64,000 nucleotides of DNA from Octopus sinensis (lineage: Eukaryota): the NCBI RefSeq assembly GCF_006345805.1, contig NC_043000.1, positions 129,208,001 through 129,272,000 of the forward strand, in the 5' to 3' direction. Made by a program: the position numbers and the translations under genes. Under the pieces are notes generated by a model. It was not told the DNA's origin and made no database searches. It worked only from the letters and a program-made list of their open reading frames with translations. Positions 12,053-23,879 of the stretch are shown piece by piece; position 1 is the stretch's first letter, and the number at the start of each line of letters is the position of its first letter.

Positions 12053-12468
12053 GGATCTTTTCGGTTTCAACGGCAGTTTTTTCTAGCGGTGTCATATGAA
12101 ATTGTCACCCATAATTATGACCCTAGTATCGATCTGTTGTATTTCAATCTGTTTTAGGGTTAGAGTTAGGGGTGGGGGAAGGGTATTTTTTTTTTCTTCA
12201 CAAATGTAAATAAACCCAATCTGTTTCTTAAACGAGAGACATATTCATACGGCACAGAATGTTTTTACCTCAATAGACGTCAGCGGTTGGTTGAAACTGC
12301 AGAAATTGAAGAAAAACAACAACAAATATCTTACAAACTATAGAATTTTGTTAATAAAACCAAGAGAAAAAGATGTTTTATAAACACATTCTACCAGTAT
12401 ACGAAGTTTAAAATTTTTTAGTTACCCAGAAATTATGTTAAAAACTGCCGTTCAAACCGAAAAGATCC
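12053..12468. mobile_element. 416-bp MITE with GG-initiated TIRs and 8-bp TSD (Merlin-like, inferred)
   Basis: TIR GGATCTTTTCGGTTTCAACGGCAGTTTTT / AAAAACTGCCGTTCAAACCGAAAAGATCC; flanks aaaacttg/aaaacctg. Confidence 0.8.
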
Positions 12469-12509
12469 AAAACCTGGAACAAGCTACCAAGTCATACTCG
12501 CTTGCGCGT

Positions 12510-12890
12510 GACGACTACTTGTTTCAGTCATTAGACTGTGGCCATGTTGAAGCACCTCCTCGAAGGGGCTTTTAGTCGAATGATTCGACCCGAGTACTTG
12601 CTTTTTAAACCTGGTACTTATTCTATCGGTCTCTTTTTTCGAACCACCAAGTTACGGGGACGTAAACAAACTAACACTGGTTATCAAGCGGTTGCGAGGG
12701 ACAAACACAAATAATGCAAACACACACACACACATATACACGACGAGCTTCTTTCGGTTTGCGTCTACCAAATCCACTCGGAAAGCTCTGGTCGGCTCGA
12801 GGTTATAGTAGAAGATCCTTGTCCAAGGTGCCATGCAGTGGGACTGAACCCGGAACCATGTGGTTGGGAAACAAACTTGTTACCACACAG
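12510..12890 (-). mobile_element. SINE A
   Basis: Both halves present with a central (CA)n. Confidence 0.85.
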
Positions 12891-13256
12891 CGTTTTTTTT
12901 TTCAACTACAACAGAACTAGTTACATATCATCATTCCGGTTCCACCTATGCCAGCCATCATTACCGACCATCCTTATCTAACCATTTTCTCAATTCTTCC
13001 TCCATAGACCGTCAGCTATTTAGAATCCCCGCGTCAACGCTTTAAAAAAAAAATTATTTTTTTCGTTAGCGACTTTCGCAAATTGGTAGGCCCTGCAAAA
13101 TTCTCGCCAGATTGGTAGGCCCTGAAAGGTTCATGGGCACAGCTCCTAACCATTGATTAGGCCATATTTCTTATCGCCCCGTTACTAATTTTTAGGGTTG
13201 CAAAAGAACTATTTTCGATTAAGAGTCAGAGTCCCCCCCCCCCCTTCTGTTTCTAT

Positions 13257-13415
13257 CAGTCATCCACAACCTGCGGTTCGCGGGCCACATGTAGTCCGGA
13301 GACATTCTAAATGGCACGCTCAAACGAAAAATTACTTGAAATTTTTTTGTAGTGCGGGGCCCGCTTGATGATGATCATGTTTCATGTGGCTCCCTTCTTG
13401 AAAAAGGCTGCCCAT
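13257..13415. mobile_element. Degenerate hAT (Charlie-like) MITE
   Basis: caacctgcggttcgcgggccacatg...tgtggctc..aaaaggctgccc subterminal motifs. Confidence 0.5.
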
Positions 13416-16400
13416 GTTTACTAAACACAGAAAAATCCACAAAAATAGAAATTATTAAAAATTCCTATGAAATATTTCTTAATTAATTCATCAATTATCT
13501 ACGCAAATATCTCCATTTTCCAGAGATTAAAAGGAAAGAAAAATCGAGAAGCAGGTATAATTGTGTGGTTAAGAATTTCGCTTCGCAACCAAGTGGTTTC
13601 AGGTTCAGTCTCCAATCGACCAATACCTTGTAAGTGAATTTGGAAACTATGTAGCAGCCCGTCATGTATGTGTGTGTGTGTGTGTGGTGTCTTTGTGTTT
13701 GTCCACCCCTAGTCACTAGGCAACCGGTATTGATTTGATTACGTCCGCGTAGCTAGCGGTTCGGCAAAAAGGAGCCGATAGAATAAGTACCAGTCTTAAA
13801 AACAAAAGGTACTGAGGTTGCTTTGATCAATTAAACTATTTCAAGGCTGTGCCCCAGCATGGCCGTAATCTAATGACTTAAATAAAAAATTTAAAAACGC
13901 AGTATAATCTAAAGTAGGTTTTCAAAAAAAAAAAAAAGGTTTAAATATGTATTAAAATATATAGATAGAAAAAAAATAACAACTGCGTAGGTACGATTTT
14001 AAATTTCATGCATGAATGAAGGATGCTCTGCGTAATGGCGCTACCTGCAGGAGACAGCAACCAAGTAAGATACTATTGTCTTTTAAAAAGGTAAGCACAT
14101 TGAAAAATGTGATCCTGATTGCACTATAAATGAATGAAAGAAATAAAAGATGGGATAGTCAAGGTTGGAATGCCTCTAAGATTAGTTCTGCTTGGTCAAG
14201 GCTAACTTGGAAGAAAAATTGCTTCAACTTTGAAAGAAGCTAAAATTTTATAGTTCTTAAATATGAGTCAGTAATTTGCTCGGAGGAAATCTGTAACTAA
14301 TGACGCGATAGTTTACCAATTACTTTGTGAAAGAAATTGAAAATAATGGCAGTAAAACTACAAGCCAAAGGCGAAGTTAGAAATAGCAGCCAAATATTAC
14401 TAAAATCTACTGTGTTAAATAAGGACAAGATAAATTAGAAATTGTAGTTTCAAATAATCCTGTAAAATGGGATGGTCACAGCTGGAATGCCTTTCATTAT
14501 AGGTCTACTTTGCTGGGGCTTAAATTATAAGAAAACAAAACCCCTGCAAAGTTCATATAGTGAAAGAATCTTCCGCAAACCACACATGCCATCTTAAACG
14601 CATTAAATAACGTAATCCATGATGTACCACGGTCATGATTCAAACACCTTTAACCATCGATCAGTTTACAACTGGGGCCGAACAACAATAAACATATCTT
14701 GAATTAATGCCGGGAACGAAGGACCACCTTCCTTCGCGCTTTTGCACAAGTTGCTCAGTTCCACAAAAGGTAAGCGCTGACGAGCTGTATCTGTAATTCG
14801 GTTTCGAATTAGCCCTTTTCGTAAATGTGTGCTTGTTACAATATTTTACTTTTTTTCTTCTTTTTTTTTTTAGGCGGCAAGCTGGCAGAAACGTTAGCAC
14901 GCCGGGCGAAATATTTAGCGGTGTTTCGCCTGTCTTTATGTTCTGAGTTCAAATTCCGCCGAGGTCGACTTTGCCTTTCATCCTTTCAGGGTCGATAAAT
15001 TAAGTACCAGTTGTGTACTGGAGTATATCTAATCAACAGGTCCCATCCCCTAAAATTTCGGGCCTTGTGACTAGAATAGAAAAGAATATTTTGCTTTTCT
15101 GTCGCTTTCCTTCAAACAATTAGGAGTGGATCAAAAGATATAATGTTTATACGTGTGCAATTTTAAATGTTTTGTTTTTATAAGAAACCGCACCAATTTG
15201 AACCTCTGTGCACGAAATTCACAAGTAATTCGGGAAGTAAACAAACTCATCTACACACGCGTTTGTAGTGTTGCTTTCTAGCTAGAATTTTGCGCATGTA
15301 TATATTATATTACACACAAACATACACATATCTATATACTTTCATTTGTATAGATTAGTCGTAAAATAATAATAGCAGTATCAAAACAATTTCTTTAGCT
15401 GAAATGAAACCAAAAAAAAAAAAAAAGGTTAAAAGGGAAACGTTTTATAGCCTTCAGTTCGGATCGAACCTAAACACTCTCCCAGACGTTCTTATATTAT
15501 TTTTGAAAACATATAAAATTGTTATACTGAAAATAAAGATAATTGCATATTTTTAAAAATACTTTTTGAGCTTTTTTTTTTTTTTCTTTTTGTTTACGTG
15601 TTTACTTTCATTATGAGAAATATAACTGAGTTTATATTTTTCGCATATATTTGAGGTTAGAAACCTACAGTCTACAAAAACACAACTGAAATAAATTTAG
15701 GCACAGCCAACATTTTTTCTATATACAAATATATATATGTATTGCAGGACGGCCTGACATAAACATCTACAACACACAAGCAATAAAGGTTGTCCGATTT
15801 ATGGTTATAACTGAAAGTAAAAGTAATGCTGTTAAGTCTCGATTCATTATTTTGTTTAAGAATATTGTTTCTATAAGCAGGACTACATATCGGAAGTGTT
15901 CCCCAACCTTTTTTTTCTTTAAGGCAGTATCCATGGCTGCAAATAAATTTGGCTGGTATTTCTAGCAGATCGAACCATCAAGTACTGTATATAGAGAGAC
16001 AAGTTCTCGGCGAATTGTACCCGAAACTCGGTTTCGATTCCTAGTTTAAACCGTTATATTAGCAACAATAATTCTCTTGTGTTAAGGATGGTAAGTATTA
16101 AGTCTAACTTGACATTTTTTTTTAGGGGGCTCGAAAATTATATCAGTGAACGAATATACACACCTGAATACTCAACTTAAAAAATTCTGATTAGAAAAAA
16201 AAAAATCAACGATGAAATACATATTTTTTGTATGTTCAATGGTGTATGAACAATATCTCATTAATATAGTTTGATAATCATAGCAATTAGAAAAGAAATG
16301 GATATCATCATTGCCTGTGGCGGATTGAATTTTGCCTAAAACACTCGCTGGAATGACATGTGTGACGTACATTACAAGTAAATGTGGGGATCTATGCGAT

Positions 16401-17481
16401 GTGTTAATGTTTGTGTACATAGATATATTTCCTCAAGTAACCCTTAAAGTTTTAAGTATTACCTAAGTGAGTAAGTAAACAGGTAAATCGGGACAGCACA
16501 CAGCAAAAACAGCTGACGAGCTGTTAATATCTAGAAAGCTAGATATGGTAAGAAATGCCAAAATAATTACAGATCATATTTCTAACACAAATATAAACAT
16601 GCGGCGCGACAAAAAGAAAGATAATAATAATAACAACAACATTGCACAACATCACATGAAAGCTAAAAAATTGTCAAAGAAGAGTTTGAAATGTGCTTTA
16701 AATATCAAATACAATATTTCTAAAACAAGACCTAAGATATAAACAAATACGAAAGTGAATGTGGGGACGAATTACATGATTGTTTGTTATTCTTATATTT
16801 ATATGGAAATCAGTAAATGCTGGCAATGAGAATTCATCTTTCTTTTCTCCCGCTTTGCAAGAGTTTACATTTAAAATTGTATCAGTTTTAGTGTTCCATA
16901 CCTGATGTAGCTTAGCTTCGTTTGTTTCGCTTGCTTCGGCCATTCTGTTTAGTCAAATCTAACAGACTCTCTCTCTCTCTCCCTCTCTCTCTCTCTCTCC
17001 TCTCTCACTCACGCACTTACTATTCCTCTGTTATCCTTAAGAAATACATATCTTTCTCTGCTTTTCTCTTCTAACTCTTGTTATTTATAATCAATTCTAT
17101 CTCTCTTTAAATCCATTTCTTCTTTCCTCTCTCTCTCTCGTTCTCTATATTTCTCTCTTTTTTCCCCTCTACCTTTCCCTTCCATTATTTCATCTGTATC
17201 ACTGATTACCTGGTTTTCCTCCCTCACTAGCTATAACTATTTCTTATATATCTTTTTTTTTCTTTCTCTCATTCTACAGCTTCTTAACTCAAGCTTTTCG
17301 ATTTCTTTTGTCAAGTCGTCTCTCTATCCTTGTCTTCAAGTTGACCAATTCCTTCTCTGTGGAATTTGGTGGATAGAAACACGGCTGTCAAATTATACAC
17401 CCCACCCTGCACATGCCCCAGCATGGCCGCAATCCAATGACTGGAACAAGTAAAACGATGTGTGTTGATGTATGCATATAT

Positions 17482-17525
<44 letters not shown>

Positions 17526-17529
17526 TTTA

Positions 17530-17925
17530 TTTATTTCAGTCATTTTGACTGCGACTATGCCGGAGCACTGCCGTTAGTCGAACAAATCGACCCCAGGACT
17601 TATTCTTTGTAAGCCTAGTACTTATTCTATAGGTCTATTTTGCCAAACCGCTAAGTTACGGGAACGTAAACACACCAATATCGGTTGTCAAGCGATGGTG
17701 GTGGTGGTGGTGGGGAACAAACACAGACGCACACGCACGCACACACACATACACACACATATATATGATGATGATGATGATATATATATATATATTTATG
17801 ACGGGCTTCTTTCAGTTTCTGTTTACTAAATCCACTCACAAGGCTTTGGTTGGTCCAAGGCGAAAGTAGACTGAACCCGGAACCATGTGGTTGGTAAGCA
17901 AGCTACTTACCACACAGCCACTCCA
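17530..17925 (-). mobile_element. SINE A
   Basis: Tail and head present, with part of the CORE-like region deleted. Confidence 0.85.
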
Positions 17926-17948
17926 TAATATATATATATATTATGTAT

Positions 17949-18338
17949 ATATATACAGTGTACATTTAAACATATAAGAGATGGCCATAATCGGACATCT
18001 AAACCGCTAGAAGGAGTAGTTAAAATCCAAAACCACAATTAGGGGTAATTTCGAAAGGGAATGAAAAATAAAAACATTTACCATCTATTTCCTGGACCAT
18101 GGTTTCGAGCAATCTTCAGCAAATAAAGTAATTTGCTAGGCGTTCACCAAGCAAATTACTTTATTTGCTAAAAATTGCTCGAAACCATGGTCCAGGAAAT
18201 AGATGGTAAATGTTTTTATTTTTCATTCCCTTTCGAAATTACCCCTAATTGTGGTTTTGGATTTTAACTACTCCTTCTAGCGGTTTAGATGTCCGATTAT
18301 GGCCATCTCTTATGTGTTTAAATGTACACTGTATATAT
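17949..18338. repeat. 390-bp near-perfect fold-back of PLE-pLTR-like family P5
   Basis: Arms of about 189 bp around the loop aggcgttcacca (18138-18149); both ends in (TA)n; related to 48922-49116. Confidence 0.95.
18091..18123 (-). ncRNA. Minimal type-I hammerhead P5 (intact core)
   Basis: tttg CTGAAGA ttgctc GAAA CCATGG T C cagg: canonical core, palindromic ACCAUGGU stem III, GUC site. The copy in the other arm (18164-18196,+) has core CTAAAAA. Confidence 0.75.
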
Positions 18339-18442
18339 AAGGACTAATATATAGTTTATTGAGTAAGTTTTTCTACACGCTATGCCACGGTGGTAAAAAA
18401 TTTCCAAATAATATTTTACTACCCTGAAATATATTATATTAT

Positions 18443-18982
18443 GTAAAGTATACTAGCCATCTCAATATGGCTAACCACTAAGGGTGGGTGTTATTGTAGC
18501 TTTTAGCCCCAGGAGATCATCGTCTCCAGCTGGCTTTAGGCACACTTTCTGTGCCCTTATGATATTTGCAAAAGGAGGTCATCCCTCTCTCGTAAACCTG
18601 AGTGATACGCACGGACTGCAGTTTCGAGGTATTTGCCTCTTGTCAACGTACAGTAATCACCGGTTTTCGATGAAGAGAGACCTGTTTGCAATTATCTATT
18701 TAATGTTTTTCCAGTAACTACTGTCACTGATTTCGAAAAACTGTCTGCAAGCAATAATAAATCTCTGAACGAGATGTAAACAGTAACCGCTTGACAACGT
18801 AAAGTATACTAGCCATCTCAATATGGCTAACCACTAAGGGTGGGTGTTACTGTAGCTTTTAGCCCCAGGAGATCATCGTCTCCAGCTGGCTTTAGGCACA
18901 GATCTCTCTTCATCGAAAACCGGTGATTACCATACGTTGACAAGAGGCAAATACCTCAAAACTGCAGTCCGTGCGTATCACT
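18443..18982 (-). mobile_element. Tandem plus inverted non-coding repeat, family P7 (356-nt unit)
   Basis: Direct repeats 18443-18544 and 18799-18900 (1 mismatch); 18902-18982 is an inverted copy of 18601-18681. Confidence 0.85.
18609..18651 (-). ncRNA. Type-I hammerhead P7 with U3-A8 compensatory core
   Basis: gtacg TTGACAA GAGG caaata CCTC GAAA CTGCAG T C cgtgc: all three stems form, palindromic ACUGCAGU, GUC site. The inverted copy at 18932-18974(+) has GAAA changed to AAAA. Confidence 0.85.
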
Positions 18983-19079
18983 TAAGTAGAAGACACTTGC
19001 CCTAGGTGTCACACAGTGGGACTGAACCTGGAACCATGTGGTTGGAAAGCAAGCTACTTACCACACAGCCACTCCTGTG

Positions 19080-19123
<44 letters not shown>

Positions 19124-19250
19124 GCAAAAATTTAGATTCAGATGAATTAGGTACTTACATTGAGGCACCAGAATTTAGTACAGTATTATCCATACAATTT
19201 CAAAATAAGGTGATTAAAATCAAAATAAACAACAAGGATATCCAGAGGTA

Positions 19251-19338
19251 ATGCAGCACGATCATTTCAAGTAACTCCATTTAATTGAACAATGCAATCA
19301 TTACATTAATTTAAATGCAGAGCAATCCTCAGCTGCAT
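19251..19338 (-). ncRNA. Hammerhead-like motif P6 with long stem II
   Basis: atgcag CTGAGGA [57 nt including ctc..catttaa/ttaaatg-gag] GAAA tgatcg T G ctgcat; 6-bp stem I; position 17 is G. Confidence 0.55.
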
Positions 19339-19785
19339 AAAGACATAGAATTAAATTAAATTTAAACAGATGGACACATTGGTATAATTTTACCTAAAAC
19401 CTCCAAGAAGGTAAGGAGATAGACAAAGAACATGCTGTCTTCACTTCAGCTTAGAAGCTACTAAGGTATCAGGAAGAAAGACTTGTTAGAGATCTAGCTT
19501 GTCACTGTTTTATAGGGTTAGTTTTAATTTATAGTCTAGTTTATCAAATCTTTGTATATCTAAGGCCAAAGAACAAAGAGCATTGTCTGTTAGGAAAGGG
19601 GCTGAGGGAGCCGACAGAAATCATAATGAGTATAGTCATAAAAACTATCAAGATTAATTTGATGCAATACAATGAGATTTGGTAAAGGAAATCTTAAATC
19701 AAGATGTTAGCTGACGATAAAATATTATAACAAAAGGATAAAAAGTTTTTTTAATACTTTTGAGTATATACCAAATTTTTACCAC

Positions 19786-19821
<36 letters not shown>

Positions 19822-20345
19822 TTAGCGTCCGTTTTCCATGCTAGCATGGGTTGGATGGTTCAGCTGGGGTCTGTGAAGCCAGAAGGCTGCATCAGGCCCA
19901 GTCTGATCTGGCATTGTTTCTACGGCTGGATGCCCTTCCTAACGCCAACCACTCCGCTAGTGTAGTGGGTGCTTTTTACATGCCACCCGCACAGGTGCCA
20001 GACGGAGCTGGCAAACGGCCACGAACGGATGGTGCTTTTACGTGCCACCGGCACGGAGGCCAGTCGGGGCAGCGCTGGCAACGGCCACGAATGGATGGTG
20101 CTCTTTACGTGCCACCGGCATGGGGGCCAGGCGAGGCTGGCAACAGCCACGAATGGATGGTGCTTTTTACGTGTCACCGGCACGGAGGCCAGTCGGGGCG
20201 GCGCTGGCAACAGCCACGATCGGATGGTTCGCTTACTTGTCACCGGCACTGGTATCACAGCCGCAATTTCCATTGATGTTGATCGACTTCGATTTTGGTT
20301 CTGCTTTCTGATATCTGATTTGATTTGGTTTGATTTGATTTTGAT
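19786..20345 (-). mobile_element. SINE-like family C with RTE-type (GAT)n tail and internal ~65-bp repeats
   Basis: Reverse complement of ggcgttaggaagggcatccag...aacccatgctagcatggaaaacggacgctaaatgatgat plus four gtgccaccggcacggaggcc units. Other copies at about 35705-36066(-), 38465-38625(+), 42745-42905(+), 58270-58535(+), 61585-61768(+). Confidence 0.85.
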
Positions 20346-21359
20346 TTTGATAGAAGGAGGAAAAGAAATTACATAAAAATAGTTTAATATTTATACAAAT
20401 TATATACTTAAATACTCACTTATTAGATGGTATCTGCAAAGATTGATCAATTGGTATTTACTGGTATTTAATAAAGGAGTACTGAGGTAAAAGAACATGC
20501 TAACTATATATTAATTAAATTATAATCTTAGCAGTTTATTTTAAGTAGTGAAGATACCAGTATTGTTTTATATAAGCTAAGTATGAATTTATAGGGGTAC
20601 AAAAATTAGATTTATTTTATAAATAAAGGCTATTATAAAATAAAATAATCAGGTAGGGCAGAACACCATAAAAAAGGAATAAAATAGCTTAATCACTAAA
20701 AACCATGAAAAAGTATATATTAACATCAATACAGAAGATTTATAGAAAATTTATAATAATCTAAGTATTTTAAACTAAAAATTATTTATTTACTTATTTA
20801 GCTTGTATCAAGAAAGACTGATACCTGGTATTAGCTAAAGGAATATTGTTGTTATAGGACATTCTAATTATAGACTAATTATAAAACTAAGAGGTATATG
20901 ATAGGTTTTAGAAGTTATTAGTGTTACTCCATAAATGATATTATAATTTCTTAGGGGTACTTAATTAGAAGGGCTACTTATATAAAGGCCTTTATAAATA
21001 TTAATTTCAGGAGGGTAGAATACTTTAAGAAAGGGATAAATAAAGTAATTTCTAAAACCATTTCAGACAATATTGTCATATTGTATAAAGTTAAAATTTA
21101 GGGTTGTCAAGAAGATTAAGAATAATATTATAAAAGGATAAAATTTCTTTGAATACTACATATATATATACCCTTATATGTATAGATAAATCCTTATATA
21201 TATATATATATACACACATACCTTTATATATATATATATATACACACATACCTTTATATATATATAATATATATGTAGGTCCGGGTTGATCCGGGGTTAA
21301 CCACAGTAAGTAAGGTACTCAATACATAGCAGAGTAAAATTAATTTATTATATAGAAGG

Positions 21360-21409
21360 AGCTTCTACAGGACTAGTACTGTTTCATTCAAGAAAATCTT
21401 CAGGAAGCT
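21360..21409 (-). ncRNA. Type-I hammerhead P4
   Basis: agcttc CTGAAGA ttttcttgaat GAAA CAG tactagtc CTG T A gaagct: 6-bp stem I, 4-bp stem III with ACUAGU palindromic loop, GUA site, weak stem II. Confidence 0.7.
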
Positions 21410-21599
21410 ATTTAACAAGAATTGTGTTAGCATTTATACATTTAGGCAGGTTTAAAGGAGTGGTGGTGGGGGACTTTTTTGGGGTAGGCATAGCGCAAAA
21501 TATCATACTTGGGGGAGTGGTCAAGGAGTCAGTGGTAAGTTAGATGAAAGAATAGATAAATAAAAAAATAAAAAATAAAAAATAAAAAATAAAAAAATA

Positions 21600-22750
21600 A
21601 AATGTGTGCACATACATACATAAACACATATACATACACACACCATACGTACACATGGTGCCTATACATACCTACACATACACACATACACATACATATA
21701 TATATATATATATATAGATATATATATATATATATTATATATATATATATATATAATTATATATACACGATCCAACAGGCCCATTCCCTAATTTTAATTT
21801 TATTATCTTCATTTATTACTTTTGTTATCTTTGATCGCTAGAGCTAAGGATCCTGGTGATGGCAGCATGTCCAAAATTGTCTGTCTACTACTAGAGGCAA
21901 GTTGTGTTCGTTAAGTACCAGCCCACACATACACGTATCCGTACCATCATAGCACGTACATACCCCATTACACTCATACACATACACGTACGCACGTTAT
22001 ATTCATACATACAAACATCTCATACGTTCACGTATATACACATACGTACTCGTACCTACAGATCATGTCTACACTTTAGGAGGCTAGTCTATATATATAC
22101 ACCAATAAATATACATATATATATATTATATACACATATATATACTATATATATATTATATATATATATACTATATACACATTACACATACACCACACAC
22201 ACATATATATACTCCTACATACAGATACATACCTATATATATATATTATATATACCCACACATACATGTACATATATATATATATATACATACATATATA
22301 TATATATATTATATATACATTACCCCACATATATACTATTATATATATATACACACCTATACACGCACACACACACATACATATACACAATACATGTATA
22401 CATACGCAATAATGATACACATTATAACACATACACACACACAGACAGATGGCATATACATACATATATATATAAAATTACATATCTATATAAATACATA
22501 CATATACACATATACACACACATACATACATACATATACATACATATATATATATATACATATATATACATACATATACATATATATACATATATACATA
22601 CACATGCACATACATATACAAATATACATACACATGCATACACACCACGCGCGCACATACATATACACACACACATATACAAATACATACATACACACAT
22701 ACACAACACACACATATATATACATACATGTACACATACACATATAATAT
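21600..22750. repeat. Long degenerate (TA)/(CA)/(TACA) low-complexity tract
   Basis: Compound microsatellite; produces the 288-aa H/T/Y/I pseudo-ORF. Confidence 0.9.
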
Positions 22751-23793
22751 ATATCAACAAGGGAGGGTAAAGTTAATTAGTTATTAATCAAATTCACCAA
22801 GAATTCAGTATGTAAAGGGACCATTATTATTTTGAGTAAACAATGTTAGAGGGAAAAAATTCTGCATATATATTATCATCATCATCATTTAACAACCGTT
22901 TTCCCTACAGGCATATGTTGAACAGTTTGACAGGAGCTGATAAGCCAGAAAACTATGCTAAGCTCTAAAATCTGCTTTGGCATGGTATCTACAGTTGGAT
23001 GCTTTTCTTGATGCCAATCACTTTGCAGAGTGTATTGAGTGCTTTTTACATGACACCAGCACTGGCAGGGTCACTAAATAACTTGCAAAGTGGGAGGAGG
23101 AGTAGTATTGAGAAAGGTCACTTTGTTTCAGTTGAGGAGAGGTTAAAAAGTATAATAGAGTGTTAGATATAGGTGTCTTGCGTGTAGAGGAGGTGCAAGA
23201 CTACCCAGTTGGAAAAGAAAGGAAAGAGAGAGAGAGAGAAGAGCAAGAGAGGTGGTGGAGGTGGATTTGTTGGGACCTATTCTCAAGGGAGGTGAATATA
23301 AGTGAAGAGGACTAAACAAGGTGAGTGGGCAGGTGTGATAGAGGCGTAAGTTTCATCAGAGTGTGAGGAGAGATGGTTTGAAACAGAGTAGCAGTGAATG
23401 CAGCAAGTTATGGTAAGAAATGTAGGAATGGCTTGGGGGTGAGGCTATTGTAGATACGTGAGGGCATTGAGATTGAGAAAATATAGAGTGGTGGTGTTCA
23501 TGATAGAGTCTAGCAGAGGAGACAGACCAATGGCTGAAGATACAGAAAGGAGGTGGTTGGTGGAAATAGTGAGCCTGGAGGATAATGAGAAATGGAAGTG
23601 GGTCCAGGGATGAGGTAAAGAGAAAGGTAACCAAAAGTGGGAGATGTAGGATGTACCTGTCCTGCTCTGAGGTGATTACAGCAGCAGAGTAGTACCATAG
23701 ATAGAGAAGTGATGAGTGTTAGGAGATGAGATGTTGGGAAATGCTTGATGGTGCAGAGAGAGTTAAGGTGGGGTAACATCTCTTCACACACAT

Positions 23794-23879
<86 letters not shown>

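Noticed and set aside
16508-16545. CTGACGA..GAAA
   Set aside because: CTGACGA is just the loop of an aacagc/gctgtt hairpin; no stems II or III.
20350-21150. Mitochondrial insertion (NUMT)
   Set aside because: AT-rich, but no mitochondrial protein, rRNA or tRNA motif recognised in either strand.
19120-21152. Long + strand frames that read through if TAA/TAG = Gln (ciliate-like code), or a hypermutated Gypsy pol (YRRFIENL motif)
   Set aside because: About 24 TAA/TAG and 1 internal TGA in 265 codons is close to chance for this base composition. Only one motif matches, and the left part is better explained as the antisense of a hammerhead-bearing repeat.
21904-22770. 288-aa ORF and other H/T/Y/I, C/V, poly-S/M/I ORFs (e.g. 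7072-7476, 37195-37714, 54844-55314)
   Set aside because: Translations of microsatellites with no coding signal.
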